NCBI GenBank assembly: GCA_048938895.1
Contig: JBHLLU010000013.1
Span: forward strand, 23,831 to 87,830
DNA length: 64,000 nt
Direction: 5' to 3'
Source: Promethearchaeota archaeon
GTDB lineage: Archaea > Asgardarchaeota > Lokiarchaeia > Sigyniarchaeales > SOKP01
The position numbers and the translations under genes are program-made. Positions 9,901 through 17,196 of the stretch are shown here, piece after piece (position 1 is the first letter of the stretch; each line of letters opens with the position of its first letter). A model generated the notes under the pieces. It did not search any database, was not told where the DNA came from, and saw only the letters and a list, made by a program, of their open reading frames with translations.

Positions 9901-10368
9901 TCCTTGGCTTACGAAAGCAAATTGGTTGTCCGGATTGATATTTAAATTACTAATTAGTTTCTGTATTTCATGAACTTGAACTTTGTGAAATTCCTTTTCA
10001 TTCTTAGTTTTAATGGTAAAATACGGAGATTGTCCCCTAATGACATATCTCCTGAGTTGAATAAGATTATCTTTAGTTTGAATATGGATTTCAACCAAAG
10101 CATGATTCTGACCATTTCTAATAAAATCTGACCATTTTGTATAGCGGTCATCCCTTTCATTACTACCTAGAACAAATTTAATAGCCTGGAATATTGATGT
10201 CTTTCCGCTCCAATTAGGTCCCACAATAATAACAAACTTTGCATCTCCAAATTCAACTTCATCCTTCTTGAATGATAAGAAATTTTCTAAAATGACTTTT
10301 CTAATAAAAGTTTTTCCTTCCAATATCTCCAATTTTTCTTTATTCTTAAGCTGTGTTTGCGTAGCCAA
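6904..10368 (-). CDS. smc: SMC ATPase, Smc5/6-like
   Basis: Walker A GPNWSGKT, NINPDNQFAFVSQGKI, long coiled coils, hinge GPLIEYL/AIESVLG, LSGGQ, Walker B MLDE, His-less switch QLFMFLPK. Confidence 0.9.
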   Translation of the reverse strand: MATQTQLKNKEKLEILEGKTFIRKVILENFLSFKKDEVEFGDAKFVIIVGPNWSGKTSIFQAIKFVLGSNERDDRYTKWSDFIRNGQNHALVEIHIQTKDNLIQLRRYVIRGQSPYFTIKTKNEKEFHKVQVHEIQKLISNLNINPDNQFAFVSQGKIDAVKNLKPTELCSFLEEGIGLKPLRDEIINQKGSVQTLGNDLNSMKARRNTLNISLEILTPKINRLKQKNQLLTIKKKYDDELLWANKDKLEKEIERVVEIIKNLKLVIEGIKERKKKYDSDILELVNKISIEEKKINGLTKKIGELSFERSDLIAKIENWQEEKKLAKQALDNLSTKLRELEKIVINYEKQKESFENEHTIIKEQCYKLDTAIEILIKEQDQLVKKIKQNKAILDEYNNIIEEKDKKELKIQENQKLIYNLNDEINQLFQSFNDIEHRLEKNKWFLENPSKSLLQELEKDLRKASLRIYEIDSEIKKQEFEKSKRVKKLQILQTSLRERKVLLPSSISILKEEIERRDLNVKGPLIEYLKYDDNLSYAIESVLGEKLLYSFIAEDWDTLALLKRLKDKYNAYCNIYLPKKIEVQPLLPISANGIIGYLAELVKIVNNDNDIKKVIYSKVKNCLVVKDYRSGKEIYNKFGFKGKCVTLAGEQIISYKYVYETPYVKRLKGLLSAATQKEQSSILEAEIKSINDSISELRSEQSKLDYIQKEIFNKKEAFNDLLYNFNQKQRITSKKNQLYEQMHKLEKINSQFENDLKIVDLKIKGLKSRTDPDFFEWTVRITEIPNELTDLNSERKKWDLKLNENLEILIEVKDELNKLRSDFNSRKKEYEEKKENFQKADKNAFEIYRQLEKVEDKLDNIEMQIDNLKKSKNQYQTWKVEIDKKNMEITLNMEHENLKLTTFNQELELKRIDFNRIISEIGPLVSDQLILIRPIEDIKGDIAEINKQLLSYLDVDDSLLIEKDQIMSSLKEINRSQKDLEMDIKAAIRTEIKLEKTYYNKFRKVLEDLQSKVNQKFEDSQIKSFCSLELKGNIEALGVNIKAATSKEQLKSFTALSGGQVSLISICLILSLQEIKPSALCMLDEAGMFLDDKNSEVAYQLIKSTLEQNPIQLFMFLPKSSSSLFLLAEKIIGIARVGKDEISSVFKPKLINKRE

Positions 10369-10391
10369 TTTTCATATCATCTTGTTATATC

Positions 10392-11654
10392 TTATTTACC
10401 AAATGCTTGTTTGATGCGGTCAACTCTCTTTTTAGCTTTTTCTAAATTAAGTTGTGCCCTTTTAGGGGGATCAGATAAAATAAATGGAAATTTTGCCAGT
10501 AAATTCCTATCATTCTCTTCTAAAGGTTCTTTCTTGTTAATTTTATCAATTATTAATAAAAGTTCATTGTAATTCAAAAAAGCCGCATTTTCATATAACT
10601 GATTTATCATAAATTCTGATGGACGGGATTCTCGCATGGAATGTATATAATCGTTTATGATATTAGATTCTTTAAATTTATCTTCTTCAATTTTTGAAAT
10701 ATTTTGTATTTGTTTTAGATTTTCTTCATTTTCTTCAGTCTTTGGGTTATTAACCGAATCTTTAGATAGACTAGATGGAATATATTCTCCTGATTCAATC
10801 AGGTCAAGTAAAATATGAGTGATTTCATTACTTGTCTCATTTAGTTCAGAATTCAAGAAGTGTTTAAAAATTCCGACTCTTAACAATTGTTTTATATCAT
10901 TTACTTCCCAATTCTCTGTATTATTTACCAGTGCATTTATATCAAATACAATTTTTGGATTTTCCTCTAGGAAATCTCTAAATACCGTTTCTCTTTCAAT
11001 CTTGGTTAATAATTGAATTTTTATTAAAAGATCAAAATTATCATATATTTCTGGTGAGATTTCGATGACGTCTCGAATATCGTAATTAATCCATATTAAA
11101 ATTATATTAGATTCAATAAAATTGACAAGATTTCCTTTTTCTATGGATATAAAAAGTTCAAGCATATTATTATCGTTTAATAAAGCCTTAAAATATAATT
11201 GTTGATTAATTATTATTACTCTTTTCTCAGATTCAGTCAATTTCTCAATATTTTCACCCTCAGGTATTTTATTTATCTTTAAATTTTCTTTTTCCCTGAC
11301 AGATTTCAAAATTTGAAGAAAACTTTTCTTAAATTTATCTGGGTCTCTTTTAATCTCAATCTCGTTAAGTTCAATTAACTCTAAAGAGTAATTCATTGAA
11401 ATTAACTTTATAAATTCTATTATATCCGTTCCGGGATTTGTATTTATCAAAAGAGCTCCTTTAGGCGACAAGTACTCAATTAACGGATTATCCTCGTTAT
11501 ATATAGACATTGTTTTTATAAAATTCATTATATCATTGTACTTGTCCCGATAGAATATATTATCTTTGTTAACCTCGATTTCTGAGGGGGAAACCACTCG
11601 AAAATACTTTGAAAATTCTGGTAAATCGCTCAAATCTTTCATACTAAATTTCAA
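10392..11654 (-). CDS. Degenerate (probably inactive) AAA+ domain protein
   Basis: PKGALLINTNPGT without the Walker A Lys; FDLLIKIQLLTKIERETVF; lid-like FDINALVNNTENWEVNDIKQL. Confidence 0.6.
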   Translation of the reverse strand: MKFSMKDLSDLPEFSKYFRVVSPSEIEVNKDNIFYRDKYNDIMNFIKTMSIYNEDNPLIEYLSPKGALLINTNPGTDIIEFIKLISMNYSLELIELNEIEIKRDPDKFKKSFLQILKSVREKENLKINKIPEGENIEKLTESEKRVIIINQQLYFKALLNDNNMLELFISIEKGNLVNFIESNIILIWINYDIRDVIEISPEIYDNFDLLIKIQLLTKIERETVFRDFLEENPKIVFDINALVNNTENWEVNDIKQLLRVGIFKHFLNSELNETSNEITHILLDLIESGEYIPSSLSKDSVNNPKTEENEENLKQIQNISKIEEDKFKESNIINDYIHSMRESRPSEFMINQLYENAAFLNYNELLLIIDKINKKEPLEENDRNLLAKFPFILSDPPKRAQLNLEKAKKRVDRIKQAFGK

Positions 11655-12226
11655 CGGTATCTAAATTGATTTTTTTGAACACTATTTTAAAGACCATTTA
11701 CACATATATATTTAGTGTTGATAATATTATGTGGTAAACAGATATCCGACAAAAACCATTAAATTTATATAATAGGGATTCATCTCATAAATTCCAAAAT
11801 ATTTTATATATGTTATTATCTTTGGGAAATCTTCTTGTTAGATTAACTTATGTTAATTTTAAATAAAATTATTAGAGAAAAGTTATTTTCTAAATTACTG
11901 TAATAATTTTAGATTGAGAATGATCTAATCATTCTAAAATAATAAATAAAAAATAAAAATCTTAGAGAAAAAATAAGTTCTAATATAAATTGGCAAAATT
12001 ACATTGGCAAAACAAAAATCAGAAAATAAAAAAAATGAAGAAAAAAAGTCTCGAAATGGAATCCGTAAAGAATTATAATTCGAGCCTGCTTCTTTACAGG
12101 GGGAATTAAAAAATTCAGTGAATCCTTCCCGAAAGAAAAATTTTCAAGGTGCTTTTTCTCTTCCCTTCTACTGAAGAACTCGTAAGAATTTTTTAAAATA
12201 AAAAACTCAAACTGGCGATGGGATAT

Positions 12227-13012
12227 TCAGACGGAGGTGGGGAACTCCAAAAAACATCTTAAATGTGCCAGTATTAACTGGAACTTCTGATCAGGTTCGT
12301 CACAGCCTTCCCAGGATGAAATAATCGCGAGATTTACCCATTTATTAAGGTTACATGAGACGGGGTCATCAATCATAGTATACCAGTCCGCTCCATATGA
12401 ATATACAGCAGGAAGATGATTGCTGTCAATTTGAATTGGATCTGGTAAAACAAAGTCGGCGACATAAACGTCGACTAGACATCCATAACAGACCAAGTCT
12501 GGATTATCACACACGAAGGAGCCTACATATACCCAATTAATACCTACTATACCACCTAAGCCCGTCTTAGGTTGGTTGATAGCTAGGAATCCAAATCCAT
12601 CAGGGTGATATCCACCATAAGTCAAAGCAGTTATAGCAAAATTGGAATCTAAATAATCCTCTGTAATACACAATGGTAAAACATCAGGAATATCATACTG
12701 GACAACCATAAATCCTGGTTCTGTATCGATACAATAATCAGCAGTCAATTCAGCTACTGACACCCTCATATTTTTCAGGATAGAAAGTTCTCTTTCCAAG
12801 TAACTTTCTTCCGAAATATTATTTCTTGTACTATTATCTCCTAGAATACTAAGATCGGAAATAATTGGTGTACTCATACCTGGTACATGAAAATTATTTT
12901 CGGAAGTGTTGTTACTATGCCCCATTCCTAACGTCATTACCACAAGAACGAAAACGATAGAAGTTAACACAGTTGAAGTGAGAATCTTCAGTAATCTTAC
13001 TCGTGGTTTCAT
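12227..13012 (-). CDS. Secreted or membrane-anchored hypothetical protein
   Basis: Basic N-terminus plus hydrophobic helix; acidic, Cys-containing body. Confidence 0.7.
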   Translation of the reverse strand: MKPRVRLLKILTSTVLTSIVFVLVVMTLGMGHSNNTSENNFHVPGMSTPIISDLSILGDNSTRNNISEESYLERELSILKNMRVSVAELTADYCIDTEPGFMVVQYDIPDVLPLCITEDYLDSNFAITALTYGGYHPDGFGFLAINQPKTGLGGIVGINWVYVGSFVCDNPDLVCYGCLVDVYVADFVLPDPIQIDSNHLPAVYSYGADWYTMIDDPVSCNLNKWVNLAIISSWEGCDEPDQKFQLILAHLRCFLEFPTSV

Positions 13013-13414
13013 TTATTGAAACGCCAATAAACTTTTTGGTCCATCACCTTTAGATTTCTACTAAAGACTACTAATGATAGTAGACCAATTAAAAGTTAAG
13101 TTAAAACATTATATAAATTTTGTGACATTTATTCAAATTTTAAACATATTTGTCTTACACTGGTTTCTTAATTTATACATTTTGGTATATATAATTTGTT
13201 CTTTAATCATAAAATAGAGACCTGGGAACCCGAAAAAAACATTGAGAGTTGATATTTCATCTATACTTTACTTTCAATTAATATACTCGATTTAAAAAAA
13301 TTGTTTCAAAAAGAGTCAAACACAAGATTTAAATACCAAAGTGAAATAAATTACTCTGAACATTTCTGTAGAATTTTCTTTTCAAAAAAATTTCTTGAGG
13401 GTGTCTTAAAAAAT

Positions 13415-14311
13415 ATGAATAAATCTTTATTTAAATCCTTTTTAGTTGTATCTTGCTTAGTTCTGTTTGGAGCGACGTTAAGTATAGTTTTCATTAATGC
13501 TTCACCTGTACTTAGCGGAGCTGATGGCGGAGATGATGTCGGGCATACTGCTACAATAACAGTATTTGATCATTATAATTCTAATTGGAACCATCCTGCC
13601 ATAACGACAATTAATATACCCTGTTATTGGCAAGTTTTATCATGCCACTTAGATTATGATGGATACTGTGATCCAAATGATCCATATTTACGAGCAATTA
13701 CCTTTTGGTTAGATTGGAGAGGTGGAGCTATTGGAACCTACAGAGTAGGTCCAGGCCAAGTCAGGGGGTATGGGACAATATCTCCCGGTCAAACAAAACA
13801 TTGGGAATTTGATATGAGTAATTGTCAATTTGCATCGAATACTACAGGGGATGTTTATTGGAACTTCATCCCACAAGATGAAGATGATATTAGGGGTTAT
13901 TTTAGTCCTGGAGAACATACAGTAACAGCATTTATTTCATCCCAAGATGCTTTTATGGGAGCAACTCAAGATTCATGGATTTCAATTACACTTCATATTG
14001 AATATAATGATCTTATTGGTGATACCTTAGATGAAATATCCCGTAATCTGGATGACATAAAAGGATTAATAAATGAAAAATTAAGTGGTTGGAGTAAAAC
14101 TACATGTGAAAAGTATTTACGCTTCGCAAAAGAAACAGTAGATGATATGACTGAAACCCATCTAAATGGTGAATTAATTAATACAGAAGAATTATGCCTT
14201 TTAAAAATGAGATTTATCGTAATTGATTTGGTTGCTGATGATGAAGAGATTTCTAGCCTATGCGATAATGTCATGAATTTAATAGATGATTTAATAAATT
14301 TTATCTGTTAA
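13415..14311 (+). CDS. Secreted hypothetical protein (beta-rich domain plus helical C-terminus)
   Basis: ATG 13415 follows SD GAGGGTG; signal peptide MNKSLFKSFLVVSCLVLFGATLSIVFINA. Confidence 0.75.
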   Translation: MNKSLFKSFLVVSCLVLFGATLSIVFINASPVLSGADGGDDVGHTATITVFDHYNSNWNHPAITTINIPCYWQVLSCHLDYDGYCDPNDPYLRAITFWLDWRGGAIGTYRVGPGQVRGYGTISPGQTKHWEFDMSNCQFASNTTGDVYWNFIPQDEDDIRGYFSPGEHTVTAFISSQDAFMGATQDSWISITLHIEYNDLIGDTLDEISRNLDDIKGLINEKLSGWSKTTCEKYLRFAKETVDDMTETHLNGELINTEELCLLKMRFIVIDLVADDEEISSLCDNVMNLIDDLINFIC

Positions 14312-14318
14312 TAAACTA

Positions 14319-14332
14319 TTTTTTTTTTTTTT
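14319..14332 (+). terminator. Oligo-T archaeal terminator
   Basis: 14 consecutive T just after stop 14311. Confidence 0.6.
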
Positions 14333-14401
14333 ACTATATACTATTTAATCAAATTTAATCCATATTCCATTTTTAAATCTATTAATTAGTTTAAGTCTTT
14401 T

Positions 14402-14755
14402 TTAGGAATTTATATCTTTTTCTAGCTGATAATGAATAAATTTTCCACTTTTAACTCCCTTTATCAATCCAGCTTGCTCCAATATTTTTACATGATGAGA
14501 AATTGTTGGTTGAGTAAAATCTAAGACAATACTTAGTTCACAAATACACATTTCTTTTTTCTTTATTAAATTGTATATTAAGAACCTTGATTCATTACCG
14601 AGTGCCTTATGGGCACTTACTTTTTCCTTAAAATTATTTCTTAATAAAATTTCATCTCTGCTTTTTTTTAAATTTTCAATATATTGATGAACATCGATGT
14701 TTAATCCAATACATTCAATAAGTGTTTTAATGTCGTCCTTATTCTGCTCAACCAT
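14402..14755 (-). CDS. arsR: ArsR arsenic-responsive repressor
   Basis: EMCICEL (ELCVCDL-type As site), QPTISHHVKILEQAGLI; divergent from acr3. Confidence 0.9.
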   Translation of the reverse strand: MVEQNKDDIKTLIECIGLNIDVHQYIENLKKSRDEILLRNNFKEKVSAHKALGNESRFLIYNLIKKKEMCICELSIVLDFTQPTISHHVKILEQAGLIKGVKSGKFIHYQLEKDINS

Positions 14756-14796
14756 AGTAAGTATAAAATTTATCTGTATATATTAAATAATATCAT

Positions 14797-14820
14797 ATAG
14801 ATAAATTTAAATTTGTCTAT
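14797..14820. promoter_or_regulatory. Putative ArsR operator
   Basis: ATAGATAAATTT/AAATTTGTCTAT, 12+12 inverted repeat with one mismatch, between arsR and acr3. Confidence 0.7.
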
Positions 14821-14859
14821 TTATTCTGTGATTTAAGTCTAAAATTTCTAAAAATTATA

Positions 14860-15948
14860 TTGAGTAAGATGGTTGAGGAAAATATTGAAGGAAGTCTAAT
14901 CGAAGTAATTGAACCTGAAAAGTCAGATGATCGCGGAATCAATTATTTTGAAAAATTATTACCTTTGTGGGTCTTCCTGTGCATAGTCATAGGGCTTTTA
15001 TTATCCCAACTTATCCCACAAATTAGCGAAGCAATAGCAGCTTTACAAATTGGAGATATTTCTATACCAATTGGCATATGTCTTTTTTTCATGATGTATC
15101 CTGCCATGTTAAACCTTCAAGCTTCTGAGTTGAAAAAATTAGGAAGAAATCCGAAACCTATAATATTAACAATAATTTCTAATTGGTTGGTAGCTCCATT
15201 TGTTGGTTTAGCAATGATAAACATATTTCTTCCAGGAAATTCTGAAACGGTAAGACAGTTATCTGTTGCAATTATTCTCCTCTCATCTAGTCCTTGTACT
15301 GCTATGGTTCTAGTGTGGGGTTGGATGGCTAAAGGCAACCAAGAGCAGAATGTTTTGAATACAAGTTTAAATACGATAACAATAATTTTCGGTTATGTAG
15401 GTATGGTTTCTCTGCTAACAGGAATAAAGAATATCCCAATAAATGCTTGGCTTTTATTGATATCATTAATATTCTTCATTGGTTTACCTTTAGGATTAGG
15501 AATTGCGACTAAAAAATTAATAGTTAAGTCAAAAGGTTTAGATTGGTTTAATAATAAGTATCGCCCATTTGTAGGAAAAATATCTATTATCGCCTTATTA
15601 ATCACGTTAATTGTACTTTTCTCTTTAAATGGTGATGTTTTACTTAATAATCCTGATTATCTTTTATTGGTATCAGTTCCTCTGCTAGTGGGATTCTTTA
15701 TTGTAGTGGGATATAACATCTTGATTACTAAACTCACTAAACTGAAATATAGAGAAGCTATTATTACAGTAATTATTGGGTCTTCAAGCCACTTCGAAAT
15801 TGCTATTGCTACTGCAGTGGCTATGTATGGGATTGGGTCTGTAGCAGCCTTAGGGACTACAATGGGCCTTTTTTGGGAAGTTCCTGTTATGCTTTCGCTT
15901 GTTTATTTTGGAAGGTATCTTAAAAAGCGAGGTTTTTGGGAATCTTAA
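14860..15948 (+). CDS. acr3: Acr3 arsenite efflux transporter
   Basis: MMYP, NWLVAP, SPCTAMVLVW, SSHFEIAIATA, EVPVMLSLV. Confidence 0.95.
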   Translation: MSKMVEENIEGSLIEVIEPEKSDDRGINYFEKLLPLWVFLCIVIGLLLSQLIPQISEAIAALQIGDISIPIGICLFFMMYPAMLNLQASELKKLGRNPKPIILTIISNWLVAPFVGLAMINIFLPGNSETVRQLSVAIILLSSSPCTAMVLVWGWMAKGNQEQNVLNTSLNTITIIFGYVGMVSLLTGIKNIPINAWLLLISLIFFIGLPLGLGIATKKLIVKSKGLDWFNNKYRPFVGKISIIALLITLIVLFSLNGDVLLNNPDYLLLVSVPLLVGFFIVVGYNILITKLTKLKYREAIITVIIGSSSHFEIAIATAVAMYGIGSVAALGTTMGLFWEVPVMLSLVYFGRYLKKRGFWES

Positions 15949-16019
15949 TATATTAAAATACTAAATAATTTATTTTTTAGAATTAATATTAATGTAAAGA
16001 AAAGAGGTTTTAAGCAGAT

Positions 16020-16238
16020 ATGACAAAGGATGATATAGACAAGACTATAGAAATAATTATGAAAGAAATTCGGGAATCACCAGATTATCTAGGTCATTCC
16101 TGCAGTGCAAATCCCGATTCACAATGTTCACAAGAAGGACCGTGTGATCCTGAAAATCCTAAACGCTTGAAAAAAGGAATTTACTGTGGGATTAAACCTC
16201 ATTGTGAGCAGAATCAACCTAAAAATGAAGCAAACTAA
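16020..16238 (+). CDS. Small Cys-rich protein in ars cluster
   Basis: 72 aa, five Cys; GAGG SD. Confidence 0.7.
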   Translation: MTKDDIDKTIEIIMKEIRESPDYLGHSCSANPDSQCSQEGPCDPENPKRLKKGIYCGIKPHCEQNQPKNEAN

Positions 16239-16262
16239 ATAAAAAATCGAGGAAATATTAAA

Positions 16263-16544
16263 ATGGCTAAAGTAGAGGATAATGGAAAATTAAAAGTCGA
16301 TATTTATGTTCCTCTGGATGCTTGTGCCTGTGAGTGGGATAAGTTTATGAATCGAGTATTTGTTGAACTTACGCCCTACATTAAATATATTGATTATGAT
16401 ACCAAGAATCTAAATTCAAAAGAGGCAAGAGAATTAAATATAAGTAGTAATTGTATTGTCGTTGACGGAGAAAAGCGGTTTTTTTCATCTTTTATCCTTA
16501 AAAGAGAACTACCAAAACTTTTAAGAGCTAAGGGACTGATTTAG
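16263..16544 (+). CDS. Thioredoxin-fold/ArsD-like protein with CxC motif
   Basis: VDIYVPLDACAC...CIVVDGE, reminiscent of ArsD/thioredoxin topology. Confidence 0.6.
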   Translation: MAKVEDNGKLKVDIYVPLDACACEWDKFMNRVFVELTPYIKYIDYDTKNLNSKEARELNISSNCIVVDGEKRFFSSFILKRELPKLLRAKGLI

Positions 16545-16597
16545 ACTTTTGTAAACTATTATTTTATTAATTACTTAATTATTTTTAATAAATTGAG

Positions 16598-17080
16598 GTG
16601 GATATTGAAATTAGTAAAATTTTAACTTTAAATATTTTTGCACCTGACCCAGAAAAAAAGTTGTCTAAAGGAAAAGAATATAAAATTGAAATCGAGGATA
16701 ATGGAACTATTATTTCAGCATTGAGTGCTATAGATAAACAAGAATATTCTGATCCAGATGGCATGATTTTTCCAATCTTTAAAGGGTTGATCTATAGTCA
16801 TTTGCAACTAATTTGGGATGCAGAAGAGAACAGTATTTACGAAGATTGTGCTGTAAATGCTTATGGTCCTAATAGAGAATTCATGAACTTACAGGATGAT
16901 ATTAATACAAATTTATATCCCAATAGTGATATAACTATAGTTGTACATGCTGATTGATGAGCTGATGTTATGAAAGAGAGATTAGATTATGGTACGTTTA
17001 AGAGATCTATCATGGGAACATTTGGGAAAAATCATGAAACATTTGCTCATTATTTTGAATTGAAAAGAAATAGAAAATGA
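16598..17080 (+). CDS. Putative selenoprotein (possible beta-grasp fold) with tandem Sec-Sec; ORF track truncates it at 16957
   Basis: ...VVHAD-TGA-TGA-ADVMKERLDYGTFKRSIMGTFGKNHETFAHYFELKRNRK-TGA, followed by a SECIS. The coding region to 16957 is secure; readthrough is inferred. Confidence 0.7.
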
Positions 17081-17086
17081 ATTTGA

Positions 17087-17122
17087 ATGAGATCTTTCAA
17101 TAAATACTAGTGAAAGATTGAC
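17087..17122 (+). promoter_or_regulatory. Eukaryote-type SECIS element in 3' UTR
   Basis: ATGA-GATCTTTCA-ATAAATACTAG-TGAAAGATT-GA-C: AUGA/GA kink-turn core, 9-bp stem, AAA 11 nt after AUGA. Confidence 0.75.
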
Positions 17123-17196
17123 AATAGGATTGCTTCCTAATATTAACTTCTAAATTCTACAAATTATCTAAATAAGTTCGCTAAATATATGTCATT

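Noticed and set aside
7094-10160. Several ORFs overlapping smc (e.g. 9470-9973)
   Set aside because: Antisense or alternate-frame shadows of a Lys/Glu-rich gene; the same applies to those inside katG, the UvrAs and the ABC genes.
5715-11654. Wadjet (JetABCD) anti-plasmid system
   Set aside because: No JetD Toprim nuclease; gene order and motifs fit an Smc5/6-like complex better.
11999-12229. 75 open codons after the TGA of the 12227-13012 gene (possible Sec readthrough)
   Set aside because: The extension is Phe-rich poly-T text with no redox motif, and I found no AUGA..AA..GA SECIS downstream.
13301-13414. N-terminal 38 codons of the ORF-track call
   Set aside because: SD and signal peptide point to ATG 13415.
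16970-17080. Independent 36-aa ORF starting at ATG 16970
   Set aside because: No clear SD, in frame with the upstream gene, and it would leave the SECIS unexplained; kept only as the alternative hypothesis.
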